Positions 28,066 to 37,654 of a stretch of 64,000 nucleotides of DNA are shown in pieces. This stretch comes from Candidatus Latescibacterota bacterium (GTDB taxonomy: Bacteria > Latescibacterota > UBA2968). Both the position numbers and the translations under genes were made by a program. The notes beneath the pieces are model-generated. The model was given only the letters and a program-made list of their open reading frames with translations, was not told the DNA's origin and did not search any database. Location: positions 3,808,001-3,872,000 of the forward strand of contig OZ242311.1 in assembly GCA_965207885.1 (NCBI GenBank), given 5' to 3'. The stretch's first letter is position 1; every line of letters starts with the position of its first letter.

Positions 28066-30201
28066 TTATTTTACCTCAACGCCCCTCAACGTCTCAATCC
28101 GCCAGCCAAATTCCTCCTCCAATTCTTTTGTCCATCCCAGCTTTAGAAACGCGATCTGCCCCTCTCGATTGAGAAACCAGGTTGTGGGAAAGCCCTGAAT
28201 CCCCGCTTTATTCACATATCCGTCATCGAGCAAAACCGGAAAAGTATAACCCTTTTCCTCCATCCACGGAGGTACTGAATCGGAATTGCGATCATTATTA
28301 ATCGTCAAAATCGCCACATCGGGATCGCCCTTGTAATGCTCGTACAAATTCTGAAACTCCGGCATCTCTTTCACACACCACCCACACCAGATACCCCAAA
28401 AATTGATCGCCACGACCTTGCCCTTCAAAGAAGTTAGCGATACTTGCTTACCCTTTAGAGTCTTCAAATTGAACGCAAGCGCGGGCTCTGGAGCCTCAAT
28501 CCGAGAAGACAGAACCTCCTGCTTTCGCGTTTCTCGATCTGATGCTATTAAAGGCTTTAAGTAATATTCGTACCCATCCAAACTCCCGTGTCGCTTCAAA
28601 TAGAGTGACTTTAGAGCCTGGTCATTGGGATTTTTACCCGACGATGAGATTGCTATACCCATTTTGTAAAATATTTCCGCCTGATCGAAATTGTCCATCG
28701 CCTCGTAAACTTGACCCAAATGGTAAAGCGTGTCCTCATCTTTGGAATTCAGCTCATGGGCACGCATCAATTCTCGCTCGGCATCTTCCAAACGCCCTTC
28801 CTGAAAAAATACCCATCCGAGGGCATCCGCCATCAATCCGGTCATCCCATTTATGGCCTGTTGATACTCTTCCTCTGAGTCGAAGTAACTCCTCTGACTT
28901 TTTAGTTTTTCCCGTCCCGCCGCAACACCATCCCGGGCAATCTGCTCGGCCTCTCGGTAATACGATGTGCGTTCCGCCAGCGTCATCGCACCCATTGGAA
29001 ATATAATGCCTGGACGGTCGCCTTCATATTTTATCATCCCCTGCACCACATCCAGAAGTTCTTTCGCCGATACCGTAGAATCCTCTCGAATGTCGAGGAG
29101 AAGCCCCTTATACATATATCCCAGCATTTTCTTATTGTGGTGTCGGGGCCGTGCGATAAATGCCCTCAGCAAATTCCGAAACTCTGCTGCTTGCTCCGAG
29201 TCCTGGAAACCCTCCTCACCAGCAATAGCCCGCATCGTAAGACAACGATACACCAATACCTCCTCTGCCTCCGCACTTTCGCCATAGGTACTGAGGATGC
29301 GGTCTCCTACCATTTTTGTCTTTTCTACATCTTCCAGTGCCAAATAAAAGTCGTGCAATGTCTTTAGAGAAACCACATCTACCCCGCGCGCTTGCACAAA
29401 CGCATCGGCATCAGCCTCAATCTCTGCGATTTTCTCTGCTTCAGACTTATTTTTAAGTCGCTCAACCGCCCGCCAGTACCGCTGATGCACCTTCGTGTCT
29501 GTGGATGCCAATTGGGCTGCTTTCTGGTATAGCGGATAAGCTTCATCATAACGACCCACCAAATACAGATAATACGCCGGTCGAAAATAGCCATTTGCAT
29601 TGACGGGATCGGCTTGGCGCGCTTCTGCAAATACCTTCAGGCAAGCCTCAAATCTTTCATTGTTTTTTCCCCTCTCAGAAGTATAGTACAGGGCATTCCC
29701 CTTAACAACCAGAAGCCTGGCGGGATTCTCGACCCGCGTTTTATACTCATCTACAAAGGTAATCGCATTCTCTTTATTACTTCCATACAGCACATCTGCT
29801 CTTATATTGATGACATCCGCATGGTCGGGCAACATCTCTAAGGCTCTTTCACTGGCTAAAAGCGCCTCATCCCTGCGCTCTTTACCAAGTCGATCAAGTG
29901 CGCTCGCAAGCGCGACCCAACCCCACGCACTATTTTCAGGAGACGCGACCATCTCTTCAGCGGCGGCAACTGCTTCCTCTTTGTTCTCCGCCGCCATGTG
30001 ATGGATAAACCAGGCGCGCAGATGCAAATTATCCGGAAACCGTTCGACCAGCTTTTTCCCCTCGACATATCCATCTTTATGATTCCGTGCCATTCTCAGA
30101 GATCTCAACTTCGCAATCGCCTCTTCTGCTGTATCTTGTCCCTGAAGGGGAATAGGACACAGACAACAAAATAGAAGATATAGGACCCATCGATTCATCA
30201 T
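28066..30201 (-). CDS. Secreted TPR protein with C-terminal TlpA/redoxin domain
   Basis: Signal peptide, TPRs (DALGWVFF), LKGKVVAINFWGIWCGWC..EMP and GFPTT. Confidence 0.85.
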   Translation of the reverse strand: MMNRWVLYLLFCCLCPIPLQGQDTAEEAIAKLRSLRMARNHKDGYVEGKKLVERFPDNLHLRAWFIHHMAAENKEEAVAAAEEMVASPENSAWGWVALASALDRLGKERRDEALLASERALEMLPDHADVINIRADVLYGSNKENAITFVDEYKTRVENPARLLVVKGNALYYTSERGKNNERFEACLKVFAEARQADPVNANGYFRPAYYLYLVGRYDEAYPLYQKAAQLASTDTKVHQRYWRAVERLKNKSEAEKIAEIEADADAFVQARGVDVVSLKTLHDFYLALEDVEKTKMVGDRILSTYGESAEAEEVLVYRCLTMRAIAGEEGFQDSEQAAEFRNLLRAFIARPRHHNKKMLGYMYKGLLLDIREDSTVSAKELLDVVQGMIKYEGDRPGIIFPMGAMTLAERTSYYREAEQIARDGVAAGREKLKSQRSYFDSEEEYQQAINGMTGLMADALGWVFFQEGRLEDAERELMRAHELNSKDEDTLYHLGQVYEAMDNFDQAEIFYKMGIAISSSGKNPNDQALKSLYLKRHGSLDGYEYYLKPLIASDRETRKQEVLSSRIEAPEPALAFNLKTLKGKQVSLTSLKGKVVAINFWGIWCGWCVKEMPEFQNLYEHYKGDPDVAILTINNDRNSDSVPPWMEEKGYTFPVLLDDGYVNKAGIQGFPTTWFLNREGQIAFLKLGWTKELEEEFGWRIETLRGVEVK

Positions 30202-30240
30202 AAGACACCTCCTTAAATGACCTCCACAACATCATCTCCG

Positions 30241-31200
30241 CTACTCGGTTTGCCTCGGCGACCAGCGAGGCGCAGAGACCTCCATATCCACAGAAACTTC
30301 ATGCAAATCCGTGCCATCGGCATTTATCATCATCAACCTGTGTTCCAGACCACCCTGTCTCTCGTGGGTTCGCCGCACTTCAAAAGCAATTCTTTGACCG
30401 TCGGGAGACCAAGTAGGAGAAAAAAAAGCTACTGTAGAACTCGCATCCAAGGTCAACCGTCGCACCATAGCCCCATCGGAACCCATAGTATAAATCTCGC
30501 ACTCAGGGAACTGATTTCGCACCTGTGGTTGATGCCGATTTGATACAAATGCAATGCGCGTTCCATCAGGCGACCAGGCCGGGTGAATATTCTGAACACC
30601 ATTGAAATCCGTCAGCCTGACGCGGTTAGAACCATCTGCATCCATGATCAAAATGTCGATATTGTTCCCCTGACGCGCTTGAAAAGCAATCCTGCGCCCA
30701 TCGGGTGACCAGTCCGGTGCTTCATCACTACTGGGAGAATTTGTCAGATTTTGCAATCCTGTCCCATCGAGGTTAACCGTGTAGATATCCCATCTATCTC
30801 TATTATCCTTCTGCGCCTGAAAAGCGATCTTTCCACCATCGGGAGACCAGACTGGACCGAGGTCGGGACCGGGCAAATCAACCACCTTCTGTATGTCTCC
30901 ATCCTCCAGATTAAAAATATAAATATCGAAATTCCCGACGGCATCCCGGTTTGAAGCAAATGCAACGCGCCGCGCATTCGGAGACCAGGAGGGATTGGTA
31001 TAGCCCCCCTGCTCGCTCGTAAGCCTCATCAAACCTTCGCCATCGGGACGCATCACAAAAATTTTGAATGTCCTGAAATCTCCCGGTCCCACAAACGCAA
31101 TGCGGCCCTCAACAGTTGAATAATCGGAATCCAGCAGATCGGGGCCAGCACAATGAAGCAGGGGAAAAAACAGAAGATACAATATCCACTGGTTTCTCAC
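30241..31200 (-). CDS. TolB-like beta-propeller (PD40 repeat) lipoprotein
   Basis: Six repeats of P.WSP(D/N)G..IAF and lipobox-like LLHC. Confidence 0.85.
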   Translation of the reverse strand: MRNQWILYLLFFPLLHCAGPDLLDSDYSTVEGRIAFVGPGDFRTFKIFVMRPDGEGLMRLTSEQGGYTNPSWSPNARRVAFASNRDAVGNFDIYIFNLEDGDIQKVVDLPGPDLGPVWSPDGGKIAFQAQKDNRDRWDIYTVNLDGTGLQNLTNSPSSDEAPDWSPDGRRIAFQARQGNNIDILIMDADGSNRVRLTDFNGVQNIHPAWSPDGTRIAFVSNRHQPQVRNQFPECEIYTMGSDGAMVRRLTLDASSTVAFFSPTWSPDGQRIAFEVRRTHERQGGLEHRLMMINADGTDLHEVSVDMEVSAPRWSPRQTE

Positions 31201-31224
31201 AGCACACCTCCTGCGCGGCTGATG

Positions 31225-32529
31225 CTATGCTGGCGCGCCAAATGCCAGAATCTTCCGCCGGTCGTAAATCAGCACCTCATCTCTTCCGTCCCCATCTATG
31301 TCCAACACCATCGCGCCATATCCGATCCCATAATCGTACGCCCGAAATCCCCGGATGCGCTGTTTGGGCTGTTTGAAATCCTCTCGAAAGGGAAATTCCA
31401 TCACCCGGTTGCCATCTCCATCCATCAGAAACGGCCAGTAAAGATGTGTATCTTCTGGCTCGCTATCATAAGGCACGTCCTCCTGTTGTTTCTTCAAGGC
31501 CGGGGCATAAATCACCAGATCCAGTCCGTCATCCCGCCAGCCGCGCACAGCGTGTTGAGCGTATCCCACACCGGATTTTTGCCACAGTGCCTGTCCATCG
31601 GGCGTATAACACGTCATCCCAATCCACTTTTCATTCAAAATCATCGTCTGTCCATCTATATCACTGCGAAAACGCCCCACCGTCGTATTCTGCGAATGCT
31701 CATGAGGGCGTCTCCATATCACCTCGCCCTGCGTATTCGCCACAAAAAAATCCTTGCTACCCGAATACGCAATCTCAATCTCGCCATCCCCATTCAGATC
31801 CACCGGATTGATATTGTCCGCATGCTCTTTCGTGGCATTTTCCACTGGAATCGACCACAACAAAGTCCCGTCGCTATCCACCAGATTATACCCGATCAAC
31901 ATCTCGTCACACCCGTCGCCATCCACATCGATCAACACCGGCGCATGGCCCGCCCCGTGATAATGCGGCGTCATCCACAACTCCGACAAATCGCTATCCA
32001 AAACATAAGTCGGATTGCCGTATTCATAAGGCGGATAAGCACCATCATTGACCTTCACCACGAGTTGCTGCCGCGTCGGATCGCCCTTCAAATTCCCGGC
32101 CTTCACCTGGGAAAAATTATCTGCTGGCAACTTCTTCTCCGCCTGCACCTCGCCCGTTTCCCCGTCAAAAACCGTCAGCACATCCCACACAATTGAAACC
32201 ACCTCCGCCTTCCCATCGCCATCCACATCAGCAGTAAGAAAATCATTGCCCCCATGCGCGCAGTACGGATCTGCTCCCCGATGCGGCTCGCCCACCTGCC
32301 ACAGCTGATTGCCCTCCTGGTCAATCGCCGTAATACAGAACAAACGCCGTTCCTCGTCCGTATTCCATCCCCGCTCAATATAGAGATCCGACTTCAACTG
32401 CCCCGGACTCTGCCGCAACAAAAACTCCTGCTTTCCATCGCCATTCACATCCGCCACAACCATCTGCCCGCCAACACCGTCCACATCCAGTTCCCAAAGC
32501 AACCGCGCATCTCTCTGTGCTTCACCCAT
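31225..32529 (-). CDS. PL11-like FG-GAP propeller protein, cytoplasmic
   Basis: GAGH...DVDGDGCDEMLIGY...EHAD...HSQ..VGRFR. Start 32529 has AGGAGG. No signal peptide. Confidence 0.65.
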   Translation of the reverse strand: MGEAQRDARLLWELDVDGVGGQMVVADVNGDGKQEFLLRQSPGQLKSDLYIERGWNTDEERRLFCITAIDQEGNQLWQVGEPHRGADPYCAHGGNDFLTADVDGDGKAEVVSIVWDVLTVFDGETGEVQAEKKLPADNFSQVKAGNLKGDPTRQQLVVKVNDGAYPPYEYGNPTYVLDSDLSELWMTPHYHGAGHAPVLIDVDGDGCDEMLIGYNLVDSDGTLLWSIPVENATKEHADNINPVDLNGDGEIEIAYSGSKDFFVANTQGEVIWRRPHEHSQNTTVGRFRSDIDGQTMILNEKWIGMTCYTPDGQALWQKSGVGYAQHAVRGWRDDGLDLVIYAPALKKQQEDVPYDSEPEDTHLYWPFLMDGDGNRVMEFPFREDFKQPKQRIRGFRAYDYGIGYGAMVLDIDGDGRDEVLIYDRRKILAFGAPA

Positions 32530-32551
32530 ACTCGGCCTCCTGTTAAATACA

Positions 32552-34165
32552 TCAATTTTCTTCCACAACCACAACGCGATCTATCCCAACATCTTCCAAC
32601 ACCTGCACGCGGCCACTCACCCAGCGCACCTCAATTCGATCCACGCGGCGCGCATTGCCCAGCCCAAAATGCAGCCGAAAATCGCTCGCCGACAAATAAC
32701 TCGACTGACTCCGAACCTCGCGCACCTGGATCTTTCCCCCCGCGCTCACATGCACCACTGCCCCGATCCCATCCCTATTTGAAAACCCATGGTCCTCTCC
32801 CTGCATACCTCCCCCTACCAGTTTTACAACGATCCAATGTCCCAGGTCCCCACCTTCGTTGCGGAACACCCGCGCTCGCTGTCCCGAATGGAGTACCATC
32901 AGATCCAGGTCCCCATCCCCATCCAGATCGCCAATCGCCGACCCACGACTCACCCCCGGTACTTCAACGCCCGCATTGACCACCTCAAATCGCCCATCTA
33001 CATTGCGAAATATTTGATCCGTCTGTAAATAGGACTCAGCCCTGGAAAACGCCTGTACATTCGGGAAAATATGCCCATTTGCCACAAACAGATCCAGATC
33101 GCCATCGTTGTCATAATCAAAAAAATGCGTGCCAAATCCCAGAGGCAGCAAAGACACCCCGGCAATTCCGGTTGGCACACTTCCCTCCATAAAAAACCCG
33201 CCCCCCGCACGCTGATAAATAGCATTGGTCTCGTAGGAAAAATTCGTCACAAAAATATCTGATCGCCCATCCCCATCTACATCCCCCACATCAACCCCCA
33301 TCCCCGCCTGCGTCCGACCTTGCGCATTAAACGCCACACCCGCCTCTATTCCCACATTCTCAAACCGCCCATCTGCGTTTCGATACAAAAAATTTGGCGT
33401 CGTATCATTCGCCACATAGAGATCGGTATCCCCGTCCCCATCGTAATCCAGACTCACCACCCCAAGCCCTTTGCCCGAAGAATCCGCCACACCCGCCTCA
33501 AAGGAAATATCCGTAAATAGTCCATTCCCCTCATTCCGATAAAGCAAATCCGGCGCACCCTCAAAATAGCCGGGATCACAATACGTGCGAATTCCCACCC
33601 GCTCGCAATGCGGCTCGGTTTTCACATCATACGTCAAATAGCGCACCACATACAAATCCAGATCGCCATCCCCATCCGCGTCAAAAAAGGTGGCACCAGC
33701 AGACCACCCACCGCCCTCCACACCCGCCTTCTTTTCAGCAAAACCACCACGACCGTCGTTCTGATACAGCACATTGGCATCATAACCCGTCGTATAAAGA
33801 TCGAGATCGCCATCATTGTCGTAATCTCCAACCGTACACCCCATCCCATACCCCACACCCGGCGCACCCGGCACAGCGGAAAATCGAAACCCGCCATCGT
33901 TTCGATAAAGCGCGTTCTCGCCGCCCGCCTGCCCGTGTTCTCCATTGACGAAATACAAATCCAGATCGCCATCCCCATCTGCATCAAAAACCGCACAGCC
34001 CGACCCCATGGTCTCCAAATAATGCCAATTTCCCCTCGCGCCAGTCCGATGCACAAAAGATATACCAGACGCTTCTGTAACCTCCACAAATTGCTCCGCG
34101 GCAACAGAACTCGAACATAAAAGAAAAAAAAGAATACCGATAACTCTAATCACTAATATTCCCAT
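32552..34165 (-). CDS. CRTAC1 family protein (FG-GAP + ASPIC/UnbV), secreted
   Basis: ETMGSG.A.FD.DGDGDLDLY, ANDT.PN.LY.N, AGMGVD and SNRDGIGA...SYLSASD..LHFGLG. Confidence 0.9.
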   Translation of the reverse strand: MGILVIRVIGILFFLLCSSSVAAEQFVEVTEASGISFVHRTGARGNWHYLETMGSGCAVFDADGDGDLDLYFVNGEHGQAGGENALYRNDGGFRFSAVPGAPGVGYGMGCTVGDYDNDGDLDLYTTGYDANVLYQNDGRGGFAEKKAGVEGGGWSAGATFFDADGDGDLDLYVVRYLTYDVKTEPHCERVGIRTYCDPGYFEGAPDLLYRNEGNGLFTDISFEAGVADSSGKGLGVVSLDYDGDGDTDLYVANDTTPNFLYRNADGRFENVGIEAGVAFNAQGRTQAGMGVDVGDVDGDGRSDIFVTNFSYETNAIYQRAGGGFFMEGSVPTGIAGVSLLPLGFGTHFFDYDNDGDLDLFVANGHIFPNVQAFSRAESYLQTDQIFRNVDGRFEVVNAGVEVPGVSRGSAIGDLDGDGDLDLMVLHSGQRARVFRNEGGDLGHWIVVKLVGGGMQGEDHGFSNRDGIGAVVHVSAGGKIQVREVRSQSSYLSASDFRLHFGLGNARRVDRIEVRWVSGRVQVLEDVGIDRVVVVEEN

Positions 34166-34190
34166 CCAATTGCGAAAGTACAGTCACACT

Positions 34191-34219
34191 CATCTGCGTT
34201 TATCTGCGTACATCTGCGG
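34191..34219. repeat. Short tandem repeat, three ATCTGCG units at 10-bp period
   Basis: cATCTGCGtt tATCTGCGta cATCTGCGg; overlaps the TPR gene stop codon. Confidence 0.75.
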
Positions 34220-35684
34220 ATGCTTTAGCCGCCATTGCCTCTGCCTCTGCTTTCCGCCCTGCCCGACCGTAGAGAACCGACAACTGGAGATACAACTCGC
34301 GCGGATCTTCCGCCCCCCCAATCACCTGATCGTACAACGCCCTTGCCGCGTCCATATCTCCCGCCACCGCATGTGCCACACCCAATCGCACGAGCAATCC
34401 CGCAGAATACGCAACCTGATCTGCCCTAGTCTGATATGTCGAGATACACTTATTCAAATGTCCCGTCTTCGCCTGTGCCTGACTAATCTGATCGTAAATA
34501 TAGAACGCAGCATAGGCAATCGGATCCATCGCCACAATCCGCTCATACCCCTCCACCACATCGCGCGACAACCCATCGGCACACAAAAACATATCTGTCC
34601 TGTGTCTCAATGCCTCGTCAGATACCATGCCCCCATCACCCAGCGCAAAAGCCGCGTCATAAGATCGCCGCGCTCGCTCTACATCCCCCAACGCCTGATA
34701 GGACTGTCCCAAAGCCAGATACACCAGGGGAACCTCCGGACTAAACCGCCACGGCAAATCCGGATCTTCCATCAGAGCGACCGCTTTTCTATAAACCTCT
34801 ATAGCCTTATCGTGATGCCCCAATCTCACAAACCTATCTCCGAAATCCAGCAAATCGGCTATCTTATCAAATCGCACAGGCAACACATACTGGTCTCGAA
34901 CCGCGTGCCGGTGGCGCTCGTCGAAAAACTTAAACGCCTCCCAGGCATGTCGCGCCGATAGAGAATCGCCCGATACCTGATAAGCCTGTGCCAGTCCATA
35001 GTGACCTTTGGGATCTTCAAAATCAATTTTTGTCGCCCGTTTGTACGCAGATATAGCAGACGCATACTTGCCGTGCATCATCATGAGTTGTCCGATCTCC
35101 AAATGCGCCTCTTTGCGATCTGAAAACATGTGGACGGCCTTTTGAAATGCCTCCAGCGCCTCGTCGTGACGCGCTTGCCTGACCAGCGCAAGACCATATC
35201 CGTAAACCGCCAGATCGTCCGTCGGGTCTCGCTCCAAAACAGCCTGAAACGCCGCTTCCGCATCGGAATACGCCCCCGCCAATTCGGCTACAAAACCCAG
35301 ATTTCGGTAAAACATTGTCTCATCGGGTTTTAGCGCGACCGCCTGCTCAAAGGCTTCAATCGCCGGACTGTAATTGCGCTGAAAAAAATACACCACCCCG
35401 AGATCGTTGTGCGCGCCTGCATTCGCTATTTTCAGCTGAATGGCCCGCTGCAAATTCTCCCCGGCCTCTTGCAAGTCGCCCTGCCGCGTCACAATCTGAA
35501 GCCATCCCAAAAATCGGTACGCATCTGCCGCTGTCTGATCGGCTGCTATTACATCCTCGCACCGCACCATTGCCCCGTAATAATTGCCCTTGATAATATC
35601 GACCAGCACCGAGTCCATCTGTGATGGCTCAACATTTGAGACAAACAGCACCCACACCATTAGCCAAAAACCAGATCTTTTCAA
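34200..35684 (-). CDS. Secreted tetratricopeptide repeat protein
   Basis: Many TPRs (AHNDLGVVY, FYRNLG, AHLEIG, GHYGLAQAY). Probable TTG start at 35684 behind GGAGG. Confidence 0.85.
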   Translation of the reverse strand: MKRSGFWLMVWVLFVSNVEPSQMDSVLVDIIKGNYYGAMVRCEDVIAADQTAADAYRFLGWLQIVTRQGDLQEAGENLQRAIQLKIANAGAHNDLGVVYFFQRNYSPAIEAFEQAVALKPDETMFYRNLGFVAELAGAYSDAEAAFQAVLERDPTDDLAVYGYGLALVRQARHDEALEAFQKAVHMFSDRKEAHLEIGQLMMMHGKYASAISAYKRATKIDFEDPKGHYGLAQAYQVSGDSLSARHAWEAFKFFDERHRHAVRDQYVLPVRFDKIADLLDFGDRFVRLGHHDKAIEVYRKAVALMEDPDLPWRFSPEVPLVYLALGQSYQALGDVERARRSYDAAFALGDGGMVSDEALRHRTDMFLCADGLSRDVVEGYERIVAMDPIAYAAFYIYDQISQAQAKTGHLNKCISTYQTRADQVAYSAGLLVRLGVAHAVAGDMDAARALYDQVIGGAEDPRELYLQLSVLYGRAGRKAEAEAMAAKASADVRR

Positions 35685-35698
35685 AATCACCGACCTCC

Positions 35699-37654
35699 TC
35701 AATACAAATGAATCCAATGTCCCCGTCCCATAAACCACAACACATCCACCGCAAACGACACCCCAACCCCCAGCGAATATCCCGAAAGCAATCCCGTAAA
35801 CAACGGACGATACCGCCGATAAAGCGTCACACCGCCAATTTTCACAATTAAAAACTTACACGCCCAGGCAATAAAAATGGACCACGTCGCTTTCGTAGCG
35901 CGACCGCTTCCACCCACTGCAAATCCAATCGGATGCAATGGCCACCAGGGCAAGCGGTAGCGCAACACCGTCAACAGCGTCATACCCACCACACCAACCC
36001 CAAAAAACATGAGACGAGGAGACGCTGGTCCCTGAGGGCTTTGCATCATGCTCACAGCCCGCGTAAATACGCTATCGCGACCATAGCGAAAGGGAAACCC
36101 CCCAAAATTATATGCGCCCTGTTCATAGCCCCATCCCAGGCTCAAATAAATACACAGGGGAATACCCACCAGCAATGCCAACCCCATGCTCTTTCCCAGT
36201 CGCCTCTGATCGGTACCGGCCAGATCACCCATCTTTGCACTATTGGCCAGAGACGACATAAACATGCCCTTGCCGTGAAAAAACAGCCCCTCTGTAAATG
36301 CCAGCGTTGTAATCGTCCCCCCCGCCATAGACACCGACCCCAAACAATTGGTCACCAATGTCTGCGGACTCACCCCCCATGCCAGATAGAGCAAACCACT
36401 CTCACACACCACCTTTGCCAGCCCCAAACACACCCCGTAGAGCGCGAGCAAAAACAGAACCCCGATGTACCACTCAATCCCGGCCATACACAGCCACAAC
36501 AAACAAAATCCCGACCCCAGAATCACGCCCAATACGGCTGTGCGGTAAGACACCATTTCACCCGAATCATCCACCCCGTACTTCGTATTGATCGCTTTTC
36601 TCACCACATCCCGCAGATGATGCCTCGCTGTCCACAATGCCCACCAGACCAGCGCGAACAACGCTCCCAGATTTTCCCATGCACTCGCCGCACCCGTTCC
36701 CGGTCCCAAATCCAGACCAATGCGGTTGAAAATCCCATTCTGTGCCCAATAAACCAGATAAAAAAACCAGAGACTAAACAACACATCCAGATTCGCAAAA
36801 TAACCAAATCCGATAATGTACAAATTGACCCGGTTGGTCATCGCGGGGAACCCATCGATAAATACCAGATCTTTGCGCCCAAAAAAGTTGATCCGGGGCC
36901 AGGCATCCCAGAAATACCACACAAAATTCCAGGCCAAAAGTCCAAACCCCAAAACAAATCCGACCCAAAACAGCTTATTCCGCATCAGCCCAGACAATAT
37001 CCCCCCAACGCCGTCATCTTCAATCAAATCGGACACCGGTGAAATCAGGGGATAGACCAGACGCTCGTTTTCCACCCATTGCTTTCTCAGCATCACCGCC
37101 ATACACAGCAGCACAAAAGTCAGCACCCCGATCAGACATAGCCACCAGAATAATGGCATAATCCAAGCCGACCACGGCACTGAGCCTGAGGGCAACCCCT
37201 CAAAAAACCACTGCATGGCGCCGCGCTCATTCGAAGGCGCCAACCACGAAGGGATAGTCGGATGCAACAGGGCTTCCCATTGATTCTCTGGCGAGGCAAA
37301 ATAATACGGCGCAGCCAGCACCCCCAGGAAAAATCCCAAAAGACCGCTACCGGGGATATGCGCCCCAATCAATCCCATCACGGCAACAGTCAAAAGCTCT
37401 GAACGCGAAAGCATATACCCTGGATAAATCCATTTCAAAAGCGGGTTCAAACCCAAAACCACAACCACAAACCACATAAAAAAACCCACAGGGAAGTGAC
37501 TCACATTCATAGAAGACGACCGCGCCACCGGCTCGGAAAATGTAATCACCGCGACCTCTGCACAGACCAGCACCAGGCCCAGCAACACAGCGCGGGCGGT
37601 CACGCCCCGGTCGGCTGACTGAATCGCAACAGATGTATCAAAAGCCAGACTCAT
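35699..37654 (-). CDS. DUF6785/DUF6784 polytopic membrane protein, paralog B
   Basis: YFASPENQW, RKQWVENERLVYPL and WWPLHPIG. Confidence 0.8.
   Translation of the reverse strand: MSLAFDTSVAIQSADRGVTARAVLLGLVLVCAEVAVITFSEPVARSSSMNVSHFPVGFFMWFVVVVLGLNPLLKWIYPGYMLSRSELLTVAVMGLIGAHIPGSGLLGFFLGVLAAPYYFASPENQWEALLHPTIPSWLAPSNERGAMQWFFEGLPSGSVPWSAWIMPLFWWLCLIGVLTFVLLCMAVMLRKQWVENERLVYPLISPVSDLIEDDGVGGILSGLMRNKLFWVGFVLGFGLLAWNFVWYFWDAWPRINFFGRKDLVFIDGFPAMTNRVNLYIIGFGYFANLDVLFSLWFFYLVYWAQNGIFNRIGLDLGPGTGAASAWENLGALFALVWWALWTARHHLRDVVRKAINTKYGVDDSGEMVSYRTAVLGVILGSGFCLLWLCMAGIEWYIGVLFLLALYGVCLGLAKVVCESGLLYLAWGVSPQTLVTNCLGSVSMAGGTITTLAFTEGLFFHGKGMFMSSLANSAKMGDLAGTDQRRLGKSMGLALLVGIPLCIYLSLGWGYEQGAYNFGGFPFRYGRDSVFTRAVSMMQSPQGPASPRLMFFGVGVVGMTLLTVLRYRLPWWPLHPIGFAVGGSGRATKATWSIFIAWACKFLIVKIGGVTLYRRYRPLFTGLLSGYSLGVGVSFAVDVLWFMGRGHWIHLY

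Noticed and set aside
30241-31200. tolB assignment
   Set aside because: Lacks the TolB N-terminal domain, and no tolQRA or pal genes are adjacent.
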